32,000 nt of DNA from NCBI RefSeq assembly GCF_042660085.1, contig NZ_JBHSTI010000008.1, positions 360,001 to 392,000 on the forward strand, given 5' to 3'. A model generated the notes under the pieces. The model made no database searches. It worked only from the letters and a program-made list of their open reading frames with translations, and had not been told where the DNA came from. Shown piece after piece: positions 30,010 to 32,000 of this stretch. The first letter of the stretch is position 1; each line of letters opens with the position of its first letter. Origin of the DNA: Longivirga aurantiaca (GTDB lineage Bacteria; Actinomycetota; Actinomycetes; S36-B12; CAIYMF01). A program made the position numbers and the translations under genes.

Positions 30010-31716
30010 CTACTTCCTGCTGAGGCCGAACACGCCGGCCAGCACGCCGATCGTGATCAGGATCGTGCGCGCGATCCCAGCTCCGCTCGAGCTGGAGGTC
30101 TGCCCGCTGCTGCCGAAGGTCGTGGCTGCCACGAGCAGGATCACGGCCGCGCTGCCGATCATGAGCCACGAGCCTGTGCTGCGGCGCCCGTTCTGGCGCT
30201 CCCAGAGGCGGCCCAGCCCGGTGGACGGCGGCGTCGGCGGCAGGGGGATGTCCTCGGGGTTGCGGGCGGTGCGCGGCACGCGCACGCCCGCCGTGGCGGC
30301 GTCGACGACGGTGACGATCTGCTCGCCCGACTCCCAGAGCGTGGGCTCCACCGTGACGGTGACGCCGTCGGGCGCGATGAGCACGCGGCGGCCGTCCGGC
30401 CAGGCGAGCACCGCGCGGGCGGTGGCGAAGCGGACCGTGGCGTGGACGCCGTCCGCGCGGACCCCGGAGATCCCCTCGGGCGCCACGACCATGCGGTCGG
30501 ACCGGCTGTTGCCGCCGATGAGGGCGTGGGACGTGCCCTCGACCGGCTCCTCGGTGGAGAGCTCGGGGGCCGGTTCGGCCTGCCCGGCCGTCAACTCCGC
30601 CCCCTCGGGCAACCCGTAGAGGAGCGAGTCGCGCACCGTGCGGGCGAAGGCGTGCACGTCGTCGAGGGTGACCGCCTCAACCTCGGCGATGCGCTGCTGG
30701 AGGGGCGTGACTGCGCCGGTCATGAGCAGCTCCATCGCGGCGGTGTAGGCAAGGGCGACGGAGGCGTCCGGGGAGTCCCACAGCTTGCGAGCGTTCGTGC
30801 GGTACTCCTCGAGCCGCTCGGACGAGGTGCCGTCGTCGGCGAGCGAGGCGATCGTGCCGGCGAGCACCTGCGCGACCTGGTCGAGGTGCTCGGGGTGCGA
30901 GTCGCCCGTGATCCACATGAGCGCCGTGCTGCCGTCGTACGGGTCGTAGTCGACCGTCGGGCTGTAGGCGACGCCGAGCTCGAAGCGGAGCTTGTCGACC
31001 AGCGCGTTCTGGAGCGCGTACGAGTAGGCGACGGCCGCGACGCTGCGCGGCACGGGCGCCAGTGCCGCGACATCCGGGAAGCCGTGGCGGAACCAGGCCG
31101 GTGTGGCGGGGAGCACCTCCTCCAGCGCCGGGACGTCGCGGCGCGGACCGGGCGGCAGGGGCAGCGTGAGGCCGGGCGGCGGCGGTGCGCTGAGCACGAG
31201 GACGGCGTTCTCGCGGGTGAAGCGCTCGGTCGCCCACTGCTGGAGCGCAGCGCCGTCGACGGTGGCGGTGGCGAACTCGTCGAACGACCAGAGCCCCGGC
31301 CCAGCGGGCCCGAACCGCCAGGAGAGCAGTGCCGACGAGGTGCCGTAGCCGCGCTTGCCCGCCTCGGTGTCGAGCACGCGGACCTCGGTCTCGAGCCGGT
31401 CGACCGGGAGTGAGCTGAGCCCGGTGCAGACACCGGTGAGGAAGCGCGCGACCTCCTCCGGCTCTCCCGAGGTGTCGAACGTGGTGACCGACGTCCGCAC
31501 CGATCCGTTCTGGTAGTGCGGCCTCTGGCCCAGCGGGAACAGCGTCAGGTGCTCGACGAGGTGCGTGATGCCGTTCGTCGGCAGCGTCTCGTCGGCCTTG
31601 CCGACGCGGAACGTGAGGGTCGCGCGCAGCGGTCCCGGCTCGTCGGCGTGCACCACCCAGACGTCGTCGACCTTGGTCCAGGACACGCGCGCGCCGGTAC
31701 CGGCTTCCCCCGTCAC
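30010..31716 (-). CDS. M16 (insulinase)-like peptidase with C-terminal transmembrane anchor
   Basis: 568 aa; inverse zinc motif H52-LV-EH56 in NGITHLVEHLTLFPLG, M16-like downstream LETEVRVLDTEAGKRG and ALVDKLRFELGVAYSPTVDY; C-terminal hydrophobic stretches SWLMIGSAAVILLVAATTF and ILITIGVLAGVFGL. Confidence 0.8.
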   Translation of the reverse strand: MTGEAGTGARVSWTKVDDVWVVHADEPGPLRATLTFRVGKADETLPTNGITHLVEHLTLFPLGQRPHYQNGSVRTSVTTFDTSGEPEEVARFLTGVCTGLSSLPVDRLETEVRVLDTEAGKRGYGTSSALLSWRFGPAGPGLWSFDEFATATVDGAALQQWATERFTRENAVLVLSAPPPPGLTLPLPPGPRRDVPALEEVLPATPAWFRHGFPDVAALAPVPRSVAAVAYSYALQNALVDKLRFELGVAYSPTVDYDPYDGSTALMWITGDSHPEHLDQVAQVLAGTIASLADDGTSSERLEEYRTNARKLWDSPDASVALAYTAAMELLMTGAVTPLQQRIAEVEAVTLDDVHAFARTVRDSLLYGLPEGAELTAGQAEPAPELSTEEPVEGTSHALIGGNSRSDRMVVAPEGISGVRADGVHATVRFATARAVLAWPDGRRVLIAPDGVTVTVEPTLWESGEQIVTVVDAATAGVRVPRTARNPEDIPLPPTPPSTGLGRLWERQNGRRSTGSWLMIGSAAVILLVAATTFGSSGQTSSSSGAGIARTILITIGVLAGVFGLSRK

Positions 31717-31784
31717 ACGGACATTGTCGACCGCGAGTGTTCGACCTTGAGGCAGCGACGCGCTCGATTGCCTAGCCTCGCGGC

Positions 31785-32000
31785 ATGGCCACGTGGGAGG
31801 ACGTCGAGCGGATCGCGCTGTCGCTGCCGCTCGTGCACGAGAAGGACGCAGGCACCGGCTTCGAGGGCTGGCGCGTCTGGAAGATCGAGGGTGCCTCGGG
31901 CAGGCAGGTCGTGTGGGAGCGGCCGATGCGGCCGTCCGACCTGAAGGTGCTCGGCGACGCTGCGCCGACGAAGGAGAGCATCGCCGTGCGCGTGCCCGAC
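31785..32000 (+). CDS. MmcQ/YjbR family DNA-binding-like protein (N-terminal part; truncated by window end)
   Basis: MATWEDVERIALSLPLVHEKDAGTGFEGWRVWKIEG...VWERPMRPSDLKVLGD; open to the end of the window. Confidence 0.75.
   Translation, partial: MATWEDVERIALSLPLVHEKDAGTGFEGWRVWKIEGASGRQVVWERPMRPSDLKVLGDAAPTKESIAVRVPD

Overview
High-GC actinobacterial chromosomal window. Gene content and a mycothiol gene suggest a Cellulomonas/Sanguibacter-like Micrococcales genome (inference). It holds about 30 supported protein-coding genes, mostly housekeeping: threonine ammonia-lyase (partial), a DUF4097-like/DUF2089 gene pair, a DrrA/DrrB-type ABC exporter, greA, a DUF4307 protein, mca, EcsC-like, ArfB-like, SURF1, DUF3817, a class-I glutamine amidotransferase-like protein, a lipoprotein, an EamA permease, a large LAL-type LuxR regulator divergent from a small internally repeated membrane/secreted protein, YwiC-like, LysE-like, DinB-like, a B3/B4-domain protein, a GT87-like glycosyltransferase fused to a methyltransferase, a DUF255/YyaL-type thioredoxin-domain protein, hemolysin III (TrhA), a (Z)-prenyl transferase, PIN-PhoH, a transglycosylase-like exoprotein, class I fumarase, an Old Yellow Enzyme homologue, an M16-like peptidase with a C-terminal membrane anchor, and a partial MmcQ/YjbR protein. 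I saw no CRISPR array, tRNA/rRNA, transposase or phage gene. The best leads are: (1) an 11-bp perfect inverted repeat over the predicted -35 of a leaderless DUF4097-like/DUF2089 operon whose two products share a C-/N-terminal helical motif; (2) the LAL-LuxR regulator divergent from a small protein with four DPxTxxYGAR-type repeats and a GC-clamped dyad between them; (3) the GT87-methyltransferase fusion; (4) the membrane-anchored M16-like protein; (5) a highly structured intergenic region upstream of PIN-PhoH. None of these is proven to be a novel system; they are testable candidates.
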